The notes under the pieces are model-generated. The model ran no database searches, was not told where the DNA came from, and saw only the letters and a list, made by a program, of their open reading frames with translations. A stretch of DNA of 64,000 nucleotides from Escherichia phage EC_OE_11, in the sequence record OQ108497.1. One strand, 5' to 3'. Shown piece after piece: positions 46,768 to 54,785 of the stretch (position 1 is its first letter; the number at the start of each line of letters is the position of its first letter). A program made the translations under genes and the position numbers.

Positions 46768-47196
46768 TTATTCTCCAAATCGAAAATCGTCAATATCATC
46801 AAACCATACACAATGGTGAGTCCTTTCTTTTTCTGTTGCAGACATTGTTTCAACAGCTTTAGGACTAAGCACAACAGGAATGTAACGAATAGGTCGTTCA
46901 TAATAGTAGCCATACTTTTCTGTATTAGCTGCCTCAAAGACTTTACGGCGTTCTTCAAGATCTTCTATGGTGAATCCTACCATATAACCATCATATTTGC
47001 TACCCCATCCTTCCTCACTTTCAACAATCGGGATATAAAAGCCGTTACGCGTCCCTGACGCTGGTTCTTCTTGAGCCTGAAGGCAAGCCTCCCATCCTGC
47101 TTTAAAGACGTTATAGAGCGATTTACGCACGTTATGAGTGCCGCTTTCGCTTGCTGGATAGAGTTCATTAAATTTATCTTGGATTTGTTGTGTCAT
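46768..47196 (-). CDS. hypothetical protein
   Basis: 142 aa. Confidence 0.3.
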   Translation of the reverse strand: MTQQIQDKFNELYPASESGTHNVRKSLYNVFKAGWEACLQAQEEPASGTRNGFYIPIVESEEGWGSKYDGYMVGFTIEDLEERRKVFEAANTEKYGYYYERPIRYIPVVLSPKAVETMSATEKERTHHCVWFDDIDDFRFGE

Positions 47197-47339
47197 ACTC
47201 GCCCCTTAGTGATTATTTGACCAGCTAAACAAATAGCTTGTAGTACAATAAAGAAGTAGCCTAATTTTACACTACCCAATACCCAGAATGCAATGTTTGC
47301 AAACAAACAAAAAGCAATATTAAGTCTAAAGAATAACAT

Positions 47340-47606
47340 TTAATCCCCTTCATATTTAGGTAAAGGCATATATGCCACAATAGGAGGGTAATCAAAGTGA
47401 AAATGATGGTTCACCACAATAATCTTACCAGACATACTTTTATGCACTTCACAATACCCTTTTTCACCATCTTCCATTACCACCACATACTCACCTAGTG
47501 GGATATCGTATGGATCTTCTACTTTTACCCATTCTGTCATTTTGTAAACTCCTCGTAGTAAGGTAAAGCCTTGACCAGTTGTTCTGAAGTGCCATTTTGC
47601 ACCCAC
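47340..47606 (-). CDS. hypothetical protein
   Basis: 88 aa. Confidence 0.3.
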   Translation of the reverse strand: MGAKWHFRTTGQGFTLLRGVYKMTEWVKVEDPYDIPLGEYVVVMEDGEKGYCEVHKSMSGKIIVVNHHFHFDYPPIVAYMPLPKYEGD

Positions 47607-47685
47607 GTAACACCATTGTCAACAGAAACATACCCTTTTTTGTCAATAAATTTACGCAGACAGCCAGTGAACTTATTTTTGTAGA

Positions 47686-47853
47686 TCATTTCTTCTTTCC
47701 TTTTTGATTACAGCCCCCATCACTCTCTTGCCAAACTTCCGATCTGAATTCCATCTCAAACCACTCACCACCGCAAAAACGGTTATGTTCAACACGTCTA
47801 TCTTCCTTCATTGCTTCTTTAGCTTCGATAGAAGTTAGTTCGATGTTTTGCAT
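47686..47853 (-). CDS. hypothetical small Cys-containing protein (first gene of leftward block)
   Basis: Start set at ATG 47853 behind AAAGGAG (ORF track version runs into the divergent region). Confidence 0.3.
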   Translation of the reverse strand: MQNIELTSIEAKEAMKEDRRVEHNRFCGGEWFEMEFRSEVWQESDGGCNQKGKKK

Positions 47854-47905
47854 TTGTTTTTCTCCTTTCATTTGGTATGCGCTAATCTTAACAAAATAAA
47901 AATGT

Positions 47906-47927
47906 ATGTCAATACTTGATTTGACAT
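47906..47927. promoter_or_regulatory. palindromic element in divergent promoter region
   Basis: ATGTCAA-N8-TTGACAT inverted repeat containing a TTGACA -35 hexamer, between leftward and rightward gene blocks. Confidence 0.35.
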
Positions 47928-47971
47928 TAGTTTCTGGTACTCTGTGGGTATCGTAACAAAAGAGGTTAGAT

Positions 47972-48262
47972 ATGAACATCACACTAGCAACTAAGAATAT
48001 TACAGAAACTTTTGATGGTTTTGGCATTATTATTGCTGTTCATGGGCATAACGAAAAATGGTTAGCCTCTTTTGAAGAGGACAAAGAACGTAATGTACGT
48101 TTGAATGCACCAATCAAAGTTTTACACCAGGTAAGTGAGAATAAGAAACAATGGAGATCATACAAAGAGTGGAACATTACGAACGAGTTAATACACAAAC
48201 TTGACAAAGTGATAAACATGTTCGACAATGCACCAAGCAGTGCAAAACGTGTTTTACTATAA
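47972..48262 (+). CDS. hypothetical protein
   Basis: 96 aa; AGAGG RBS. Confidence 0.3.
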   Translation: MNITLATKNITETFDGFGIIIAVHGHNEKWLASFEEDKERNVRLNAPIKVLHQVSENKKQWRSYKEWNITNELIHKLDKVINMFDNAPSSAKRVLL

Positions 48263-48273
48263 AGGAGAGTGAT

Positions 48274-48627
48274 ATGAAAATTGTACACGATGAAATTCAA
48301 TTTGAAGAGAGTGATCTTCTTGATCTGGATGTGACACTAAGTAAACTGATCTACAACGCACTTTCTGCATATCGTGCAAAAGTGATAGCCACAAACAATG
48401 TTAAAATTCCTAGTGGGTTACTTCGTCGGATGTACCCACACGCTAAAGGTGACTATCTACCTTATATGGAAGAACGAGCAGCAGAACACTGGTTAGAAAT
48501 TCTTGAAAAAATGGAGTCCTCTTTTAAAGATTCAACTCCACCTGAAGAAGTTAATGAAAAACAACGGCAAGAGCGTTTAGAAGGTCGTATTTTGTTTGCT
48601 AAGTATTTCCATAATTTGTGGAGCTAA
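48274..48627 (+). CDS. hypothetical protein
   Basis: 117 aa; AAGGAG RBS. Confidence 0.3.
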   Translation: MKIVHDEIQFEESDLLDLDVTLSKLIYNALSAYRAKVIATNNVKIPSGLLRRMYPHAKGDYLPYMEERAAEHWLEILEKMESSFKDSTPPEEVNEKQRQERLEGRILFAKYFHNLWS

Positions 48628-48725
48628 ACATATCTGGTAAAATCACTTATATGTTCTTAGTATACTTGTGTAAAGAAGTTATCTAATAGGTGTTGAGTGG
48701 ACTATTAAATTAGGAGGGCTTTAAT

Positions 48726-49064
48726 ATGTTTAGTAAAGAAATGAGAGAAGTAATTGCCACTTTGGTAGTTGATCATGGTGTTGAAGTTGAGCGTCACGTT
48801 TGGAACGATGAACCTCCTTTCTTCGATTTGGCATCACGAGCTAAAAGTCATATGCACCTGCTGGAAGACGGTAATGAGTTTGTTCTCCGTATGCGTTATG
48901 ATCGAGAGTTTCGAATTCCGCTTGACACTGAACCAGATGGTGTAGTAATGTGGTTGGCAGAACATTTCGCATACGATGCACTACATGGAAGAAGTTTTGG
49001 TAATGAGCGTTGGGATGCCATTTGTCGTAAGCATAATATTGAACCAGAGTACGGAGTTTTATAA
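48726..49064 (+). CDS. hypothetical protein
   Basis: 112 aa; AGGAGGG RBS. Confidence 0.3.
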   Translation: MFSKEMREVIATLVVDHGVEVERHVWNDEPPFFDLASRAKSHMHLLEDGNEFVLRMRYDREFRIPLDTEPDGVVMWLAEHFAYDALHGRSFGNERWDAICRKHNIEPEYGVL

Positions 49065-49315
49065 TGTTAAGTATCAAACCTAAAATGATAACAGCAGATG
49101 AAGCAGACTTTATTTTCAAATGTGGACGTGTATGGAGAGAATTCACAAAAGGGAATGAAGTGGTTGTTGTTGTCGAACACAAGATATCTATCCAGGATCT
49201 GTTTGGACAATATGTTGATGTTATTAAATTAGGTATTGACAAGGGTTTAGTTGAGGTGTTAACATTAGATCAAGTTGAAGCAGAGCACCTCGATAAAGTG
49301 GTGGTTGAATTTTAA
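49064..49315 (+). CDS. hypothetical protein
   Basis: 83 aa, overlapping start/stop. Confidence 0.3.
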   Translation: MLSIKPKMITADEADFIFKCGRVWREFTKGNEVVVVVEHKISIQDLFGQYVDVIKLGIDKGLVEVLTLDQVEAEHLDKVVVEF

Positions 49316-49335
49316 AATACAGACGGGAGAAAGGT

Positions 49336-49509
49336 ATGAGTTTCTTTGTTACAGTATTTATGGCTATCTGGATTGTAGTCTCACTCGTTCTTTTCCTGGT
49401 GGGTTGTCTGGAAGAGATTAAGAAAGCAGTTATTTGCGGTTTCTTTGGCTTTATTATCTCTCCTGCCTGGATGTGGTTCTTCATTATGATTGGTTTCCTT
49501 AAAAGGTAA
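49336..49509 (+). CDS. small membrane protein
   Basis: 57 aa (below track cutoff), GGGAGAAAGG RBS, two hydrophobic helices. Confidence 0.3.
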   Translation: MSFFVTVFMAIWIVVSLVLFLVGCLEEIKKAVICGFFGFIISPAWMWFFIMIGFLKR

Positions 49510-49523
49510 GTGAGGAATAAAGA

Positions 49524-49961
49524 ATGAGTAAAACAAACGCAATCGCAGATAAAGCAACGGATGTACTTCTGAACATGGTTAACGTCACTATTCAAACAAT
49601 GAGTGATGTTGTGGAGTTTGGAAAACAACAAATTCCAGAAGTAATCCATCAATTACTAGTGTGGAAAGCAGTATCCGCAGGTTTATGGCAACTTTTTAGT
49701 ATTTGCTTTATGTTTATTACTTTTATTGCTGTGCGGAACCTCGTAAAAGCAATTAAAGATAAAGAATGCCTGTGGTCACGAGATCGCTATGGTGAAGTAT
49801 CTGCTTTACCTATTGTTGGTCTTGTTGTCTGTGCTTTCTTTTTCTTTTTAGGATTTGTTATTTTCTTTTCGAATTTTGATTGGCTAAAAATCATTATTGC
49901 ACCAAAAGTGTATCTGATTGAATTTGCTGCTGATTTAATTCGTTCATCTCAACAAAAATAA
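49524..49961 (+). CDS. membrane protein
   Basis: 145 aa with two long hydrophobic helices; function unknown. Confidence 0.3.
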   Translation: MSKTNAIADKATDVLLNMVNVTIQTMSDVVEFGKQQIPEVIHQLLVWKAVSAGLWQLFSICFMFITFIAVRNLVKAIKDKECLWSRDRYGEVSALPIVGLVVCAFFFFLGFVIFFSNFDWLKIIIAPKVYLIEFAADLIRSSQQK

Positions 49962-49972
49962 AAGGGGTTAAA

Positions 49973-51100
49973 ATGAAATACACGATTTATGGTGATATTG
50001 TAAGTGTAAATAAAGATATGGGTGTGGAATCTAATTATCTTCCACCTGGATTCTATACTGTTAGTCGTGATCCCCTTGGCAATTATTTTTTAAGCCGTGG
50101 TAATCTAACAGGTGTACCGGATGTTCTGTATGGTGAAACAGAAAAACGAGCAAATCACGTTATCCGTACATTCCATCGCCGGAGTGCACAAGGTAAAAAT
50201 ACAGGTTTGCTTCTGACAGGAACTAAGGGCAGTGGTAAAACTATGTTAGCCAAGCTCATTAGTCGTGACCTTGTAGAAGAAGGTATTCCAACTATTATGG
50301 TTACTCAAGCCTACAGTGATGCTAATTTCATTGAACTTATTAGCAAGATCACCGACAAAGCAGTGATTATTTTTGACGAGTTTGATAAAGTATATGAGAA
50401 GAAACAAGATCAAGAAGCACTTCTCACTTTGTTAGATGGTACTGGCAGTGGTAATAAACTGTTTATTCTAACTAAAAACAGTGGCTTTATCTCTGAATTC
50501 TTTCTAAATCGTCCTAGTCGTGTGTTTTATAATTTTAATTATGATAAAATCTCACTAGAAACTATGATTGACTATTTAGATAAAAACCTGGATAACAAAG
50601 CACACTTTGATAATTTCCAAAGACTTTGGGATGTAAGTTTAGAGTTGTCCTTTGATGTGATCCAAGGTATAGTAGAAGAACTTAATTTCTACCCTGATTT
50701 ATCCTTTAAAGAATGCATCTCTATGATGGGCGTTTCTTTGGGTGGTGGTAATAAATGGGATATCAGTAGCGTTATTATTAATGGAAAACTTCAGAAAGTT
50801 AGCTGGGTATCTAGTTGGCATAACTTTACACCTGCAATCTTTTTAGGTGGCTCGTGCACACTAGACGTGTACTTGTCATCTCCAAGTGATGCAGATTCTA
50901 AAGAAGCCCTTGCTAATAGCTCTTACGTGGTTTTTGATGATGAAGGCGATGCTCGAATTCCGTTGAATGCGACAAAAATGAAAGCAGACCTTATCACAGG
51001 CGGTAAAATCGTTGTGTTTAGTGATGATCCAGAAGATTCTTTCCGTATTGTTCTGGAACCAACTATCACCAATGGTGCAACTTTGGCAAGTGTGTTTTAA
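49973..51100 (+). CDS. AAA-type ATPase (paralog 2)
   Basis: 375 aa; Walker A GTKGSGKT; Walker B-like IIFDEFDK; colinear similarity to 35086..36246. Confidence 0.5.
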   Translation: MKYTIYGDIVSVNKDMGVESNYLPPGFYTVSRDPLGNYFLSRGNLTGVPDVLYGETEKRANHVIRTFHRRSAQGKNTGLLLTGTKGSGKTMLAKLISRDLVEEGIPTIMVTQAYSDANFIELISKITDKAVIIFDEFDKVYEKKQDQEALLTLLDGTGSGNKLFILTKNSGFISEFFLNRPSRVFYNFNYDKISLETMIDYLDKNLDNKAHFDNFQRLWDVSLELSFDVIQGIVEELNFYPDLSFKECISMMGVSLGGGNKWDISSVIINGKLQKVSWVSSWHNFTPAIFLGGSCTLDVYLSSPSDADSKEALANSSYVVFDDEGDARIPLNATKMKADLITGGKIVVFSDDPEDSFRIVLEPTITNGATLASVF

Positions 51101-51115
51101 GTAAGCCAGCAAATA

Positions 51116-51140
51116 AAAACCCGCTTCGGCGGGTTTTCTT
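51116..51140 (+). terminator. rho-independent terminator
   Basis: AAAACCCGC-TTCG-GCGGGTTTTCTT. Confidence 0.6.
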
Positions 51141-51174
51141 GTATTGATGCCAGATTTAATAAAAGGAGTAGTAG

Positions 51175-52347
51175 ATGGTAGCACTAAAATCATGGGAACA
51201 ATATAAAGAAGAATTAATACCCCTTGCTAAAAATCACAATATTCAAATCTTGGGTTATGTTGGTGAATGGAAAGGGAACAAGACTAAACTTAAGCTATCT
51301 TGCCCTAAACATGGAGAGTGGAACACCACGAACATTAATGATTTTAAGAAGGGACGTGGTTGTCCTATCTGTTCTGGTAAGAAGCCGTTAACATGGGAAA
51401 CAGAATTGCCGATCTTGGAAGAGATAGCACAGAAGAGGGGGTATCAGGTGTTAGGGTACGTGGGAGAATGGAAAGGGAATAAAACAAAACTTGATTTGTT
51501 GTGTCATTGTGGTAATAAATGGGATACTACAAGTATTAACAATTTTAAACGTGGTAGCGGTTGTCCACAATGTAAGAGGGAGAGACAAACAATGTCCGAC
51601 GATCAACATATTGCAGATTTCTTTTCTACAGGGGAATTTAAGGAAGGCACTATCTTCACCAATACAGGGAAACGTAACAAGCGTGATGCAGTATGGATGG
51701 TTGAGTGTCCTGTTTGCTCCCATGATGAATATGTTCAAGCAGGTGTTTGTGATGGTAAATTTTACTCTGCAGGACATAACCTTAAACAAGGGTATATTCC
51801 GTGTCGTTGTGGGAACTATCAGTATACAGAAGACCAGATCACCTATAGGGTAAAAAAGGAAGTAGAAGGGAAAGGGTATGTCTGGGTAGATTGGATTACC
51901 AAACCCTCTTCTATAGGTAAGTTTAAATATCTTTGTCTTGTGCATGGTGAGCAGATAGGGAGTGCTCGTAATTTATTAAGCCTCGGTCAAGGTTGTCCAC
52001 AGTGTGCTGGTCATAATCAACAGCAATTATATATTAATATTGTTAAAGATAATGATATTATAGTTGCTCTTAAGTTTGGCATAGCTAAAGATAGTGACAG
52101 GCGATTAAACAATCAAAATAGGCGTAATATGTTTTTTATGGAGCGTATTTGTTTATATGATTTTAGTACAGTGAAACAGTGTAAGGCTGCTGAAAGAGCT
52201 ATAAAGAAAAAACTAAAAACTGGTATTTTAACAGCAAGAGAGTTGAAAGATGGTTATACAGAAACAGTAAGTGTTTCTGATTTGGAAAATCTTCAAAAAA
52301 TTATTACACAATATGGTGGCAAGTTAGTATACAGTAAGGAGGTGTAA
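51175..52347 (+). CDS. zinc-ribbon repeat protein with C-terminal T5orf172/GIY-YIG-like domain
   Basis: 390 aa; two near-identical modules (GYVGEWKGNKTKLxLxC ... GxGCPxC) plus more CxxC pairs; C-terminal LKFGIAKDSDRRL resembles the T5orf172 family. Confidence 0.35.
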   Translation: MVALKSWEQYKEELIPLAKNHNIQILGYVGEWKGNKTKLKLSCPKHGEWNTTNINDFKKGRGCPICSGKKPLTWETELPILEEIAQKRGYQVLGYVGEWKGNKTKLDLLCHCGNKWDTTSINNFKRGSGCPQCKRERQTMSDDQHIADFFSTGEFKEGTIFTNTGKRNKRDAVWMVECPVCSHDEYVQAGVCDGKFYSAGHNLKQGYIPCRCGNYQYTEDQITYRVKKEVEGKGYVWVDWITKPSSIGKFKYLCLVHGEQIGSARNLLSLGQGCPQCAGHNQQQLYINIVKDNDIIVALKFGIAKDSDRRLNNQNRRNMFFMERICLYDFSTVKQCKAAERAIKKKLKTGILTARELKDGYTETVSVSDLENLQKIITQYGGKLVYSKEV

Positions 52348-52899
52348 ATGCGGATTACTGATAAGTATGTGTTCTTCTTCTCGGCAAAAGATGAATTTAG
52401 CAACTGGTATCTATCATCTTTTATTGAACCTTTAGCTCCCAAGTATAATAATTCTATTACAAGTTCTGTTGAATTTACTTGTGTGGAACAATATATGATG
52501 TGGAGAAAAGCATGTTTGTTTTATGATTACAACATTGCATCTTCTATTTTAACCGGAGATCTAAGATATACAGGAGAAAAAGAACAGGCATATTATAAGC
52601 GACTAGGTAGATTAGTTAAAGATTACGATGAAGCTACTTGGACTTCTTTACGGGAGAAGATTGTCAAGCGTGGTTTGTATCTTAAATACACACAAAATGA
52701 AGATCTCAAAAATAAACTTATAGCTTACGCAGATAAGGAGTTTGTAGAGGCAAGTCCTTATGATTCTATTTATGGTATCAAAATGGGGATGTGGGATCGG
52801 GACGTGGAAAATAAGGATTGTTGGAAAGGACAAAATCTTTTAGGAAAATGGCATACAGACCTTGCTGTTTATCTAAAATCACAATCTGATATTTCCTGA
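52348..52899 (+). CDS. NADAR-domain protein (YbiA-like, DUF1768)
   Basis: 183 aa; motifs FFFSAKDEFSNWY, EQYMMWRKA, LGR and YDSIYGI match conserved NADAR blocks (compare E. coli YbiA FYS ... FSNF, EHYFQAQKF). Confidence 0.65.
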   Translation: MRITDKYVFFFSAKDEFSNWYLSSFIEPLAPKYNNSITSSVEFTCVEQYMMWRKACLFYDYNIASSILTGDLRYTGEKEQAYYKRLGRLVKDYDEATWTSLREKIVKRGLYLKYTQNEDLKNKLIAYADKEFVEASPYDSIYGIKMGMWDRDVENKDCWKGQNLLGKWHTDLAVYLKSQSDIS

Positions 52900-53110
52900 T
52901 ATTTTGAAAATTTTTACTTTTATAAAAAGGGGTGTGGGTTTCATGTACGGAAATCCACCCTCTGAATAATATATCCAGAGTAAATATTATTCTGTACTCT
53001 GTTAATAAAGTATTTAATTTGTTTGTTGGACTATGGTATCTGATCTTTAAAAGGCATACTATCTCTTAACTACTATTTATAACAGAACAGTAAAATCATT
53101 TTTATAAAAA

Positions 53111-53320
53111 GGACAAAATTATTTAAAGTTTTTACAGATTTTTGGATACAAATTTTGAAAATGAAAAGTTCAAGTTTGGTCAAAATTATTTAAAGTTTTT
53201 GTACGTATTTCTATCCAGATTTTGAAAATGAAAACTTCAATTTTTTAAAAATTCCCCAGTTTATTTAAAGTTTTTTTGCCTTTTTCCGTAGAAAAATCAA
53301 AAATGAAAAGTTCAATTTCG
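53111..53320. repeat. three tandem ~70 bp AT-rich direct repeats (iteron-like)
   Basis: Each unit has ATTATTTAAAGTTTTT (at about 53118, 53184, 53260) and TTTGAAAATGAAAAGTTCAA (at about 53152, 53220, 53296); no ORF across 52900-53340. Confidence 0.6.
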
Positions 53321-53335
53321 TGTTTTTATAGGTGT

Positions 53336-53460
53336 GCGTATGATAATCATTCTCATTTGTAAATGAGAATCATTATCATTTAATTATGTAAGTGATAATC
53401 ATTCTCAGTAAGAGAATGAGAATCATTAGCAAATGAGAATTTTTCTCATTTAGAGAATAA
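53336..53460. promoter_or_regulatory. cluster of Fur-box-like palindromic operator sites
   Basis: TGATAATCATTCTCATT, AATGAGAATCATTATCATT, GTGATAATCATTCTCA, GAATGAGAATCATTAGC and the perfect palindrome AAATGAGAATTTTTCTCATTT; close to the enterobacterial Fur consensus GATAATGATAATCATTATC. Confidence 0.45.
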
Positions 53461-53684
53461 CGCGCAGGGGTGGTGTTTGTCTCGCGCTCCCGTGTCCCTC
53501 GCCATACAATAAGAATAGCATAACCAACAACAAAAGCAAGCGATTATTTTTATCTTTACATTTCTTTACAAATTTATTTTAGACGAGCTACCGGCGATCA
53601 ACCTTCCAACCAGTGCCCCTGGTATGTTAGCCCCGCCTTTACGCCGTGGGGGTGGCGCTTCCTCTTCTGTATGTAAAACAGTAT

Positions 53685-53724
53685 AAGCCCGATCCCTGGG
53701 CTTGTCAAGATTATTTTTTGTTTT
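53685..53724 (+). terminator. candidate rho-independent terminator in GC-rich island
   Basis: AAGCCCGATCCCTGGGCTT hairpin followed by TTATTTTTTGTTTT. Confidence 0.35.
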
Positions 53725-54087
53725 CTTGCCAGGAAAGGACACCTAACCAAAAATACATATCGCCCCGCGCCCCTGGCGGGATCTTGCTTTCCCCGCCGCC
53801 ACTGCAAGCCCATAAATAACCATCAGCGAACGGATCAAAATGTTCTATCTCTTCCACCTTATGATCGCCCAGGTTGAGAACGGTTTCAACCTTTAAGCCC
53901 GTTGCGCTTGCTACCTGGTGCACCGTGCCGCCTTGCCAGCCCAATGAGTGCATGAGATGTAAAGGAGTATTTGTCATGGTATCGCCCTTTCTTTGATGTG
54001 CGCCCTGGTTGGCGCGGTAGAAAGATAATAGCCGTTTCCTTTATAGATAGCAAGCAAAAAGAAATGAAAAAAAGATTAAAAAATGGT

Positions 54088-54116
54088 TGACGTTCCTCAC
54101 CTGGTAGCGTAGTATT
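54088..54116 (+). promoter_or_regulatory. sigma70-like promoter
   Basis: TTGACG - 17 nt - TAGTAT. Confidence 0.4.
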
Positions 54117-54242
54117 CATCTTGTCGAGGGGGGCAAGGCACAACGACAATAAACAATAGGCGGGTGCAATGCAGGACGGGCAAAGGTGAGGATCTCCACA
54201 ATCCACCGTCACAATAACATTACTTATAAAAGGTTGATAACG

Positions 54243-54338
54243 ATGATCAAGAAAGAAAACAGCTTGACGGTTGGAACGATTAACGCTATCATTCTAGCCG
54301 TTCCATTTTGGATTGTAGTAGCGGTTGTTATTTTCTAA
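54243..54338 (+). CDS. small hydrophobic peptide (31 aa)
   Basis: MIKKENSLTVGTINAIILAVPFWIVVAVVIF; AAAAGG upstream; about 120 nt structured leader from promoter at 54088. Confidence 0.3.
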   Translation: MIKKENSLTVGTINAIILAVPFWIVVAVVIF

Positions 54339-54347
54339 AAAATATTC

Positions 54348-54405
54348 TTGACAACGTTTTTTAATCTGATAAGATGTATCACATAGGGCGGCAATAGTGC
54401 CGCTC
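54348..54405 (+). promoter_or_regulatory. early promoter with leader hairpin
   Basis: TTGACA (54348) - 16/17 nt - TAAGAT, then CATAGGGCGGCAATAGTGCCGC hairpin about 25 nt before ATG. Confidence 0.5.
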
Positions 54406-54427
54406 ATAACAGAAGAGAGAAATAATC

Positions 54428-54700
54428 ATGGCATCATATAGCGCATCAATGATCGTAACGGGCATGACTGGTAAACCTATGCGCGGTGGCGGATCTTTCG
54501 CTAACATCAATATTGATGGGCGTTTATCCCTGGATGCAGCGATCACCGTGGCACGGGAAACATTTAAAAAAGAATGTAATTTCAATAAACAAGATTATCT
54601 CGGCTTCGTTATTGAAAAAACCGCGCGCTTTGTTGATTATAAAAGCCCGAAAATGATCGACACTACACTAAAAGCGCAAGATGTAGCATTTTTGCTTTAA
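54428..54700 (+). CDS. hypothetical early protein
   Basis: 90 aa ORF behind promoter-hairpin and AGAAGAGAGA RBS. Confidence 0.4.
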   Translation: MASYSASMIVTGMTGKPMRGGGSFANINIDGRLSLDAAITVARETFKKECNFNKQDYLGFVIEKTARFVDYKSPKMIDTTLKAQDVAFLL

Positions 54701-54703
54701 GGC

Positions 54704-54763
54704 TTGACACTGAAAAATAATTTAGTAATATATACCACATAGGGCGGGAAATGGTTTCCCGCC
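54704..54763 (+). promoter_or_regulatory. early promoter with leader hairpin
   Basis: TTGACA - 16 nt - TAATAT, then GGCGGGAAATGGTTTCCCGCC hairpin. Confidence 0.5.
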
Positions 54764-54785
54764 AAATCAAAGAAAGGGTAACACA

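Noticed and set aside
53598-54212. Three overlapping minus-strand ORFs (71, 88, 108 aa) in the GC-rich island
   Set aside because: They overlap each other in different frames, lack convincing RBS/start context except weakly for 53711-53977, and sit in a region better explained as non-coding regulatory/RNA sequence; not called as genes, though 53711-53977 remains possible.
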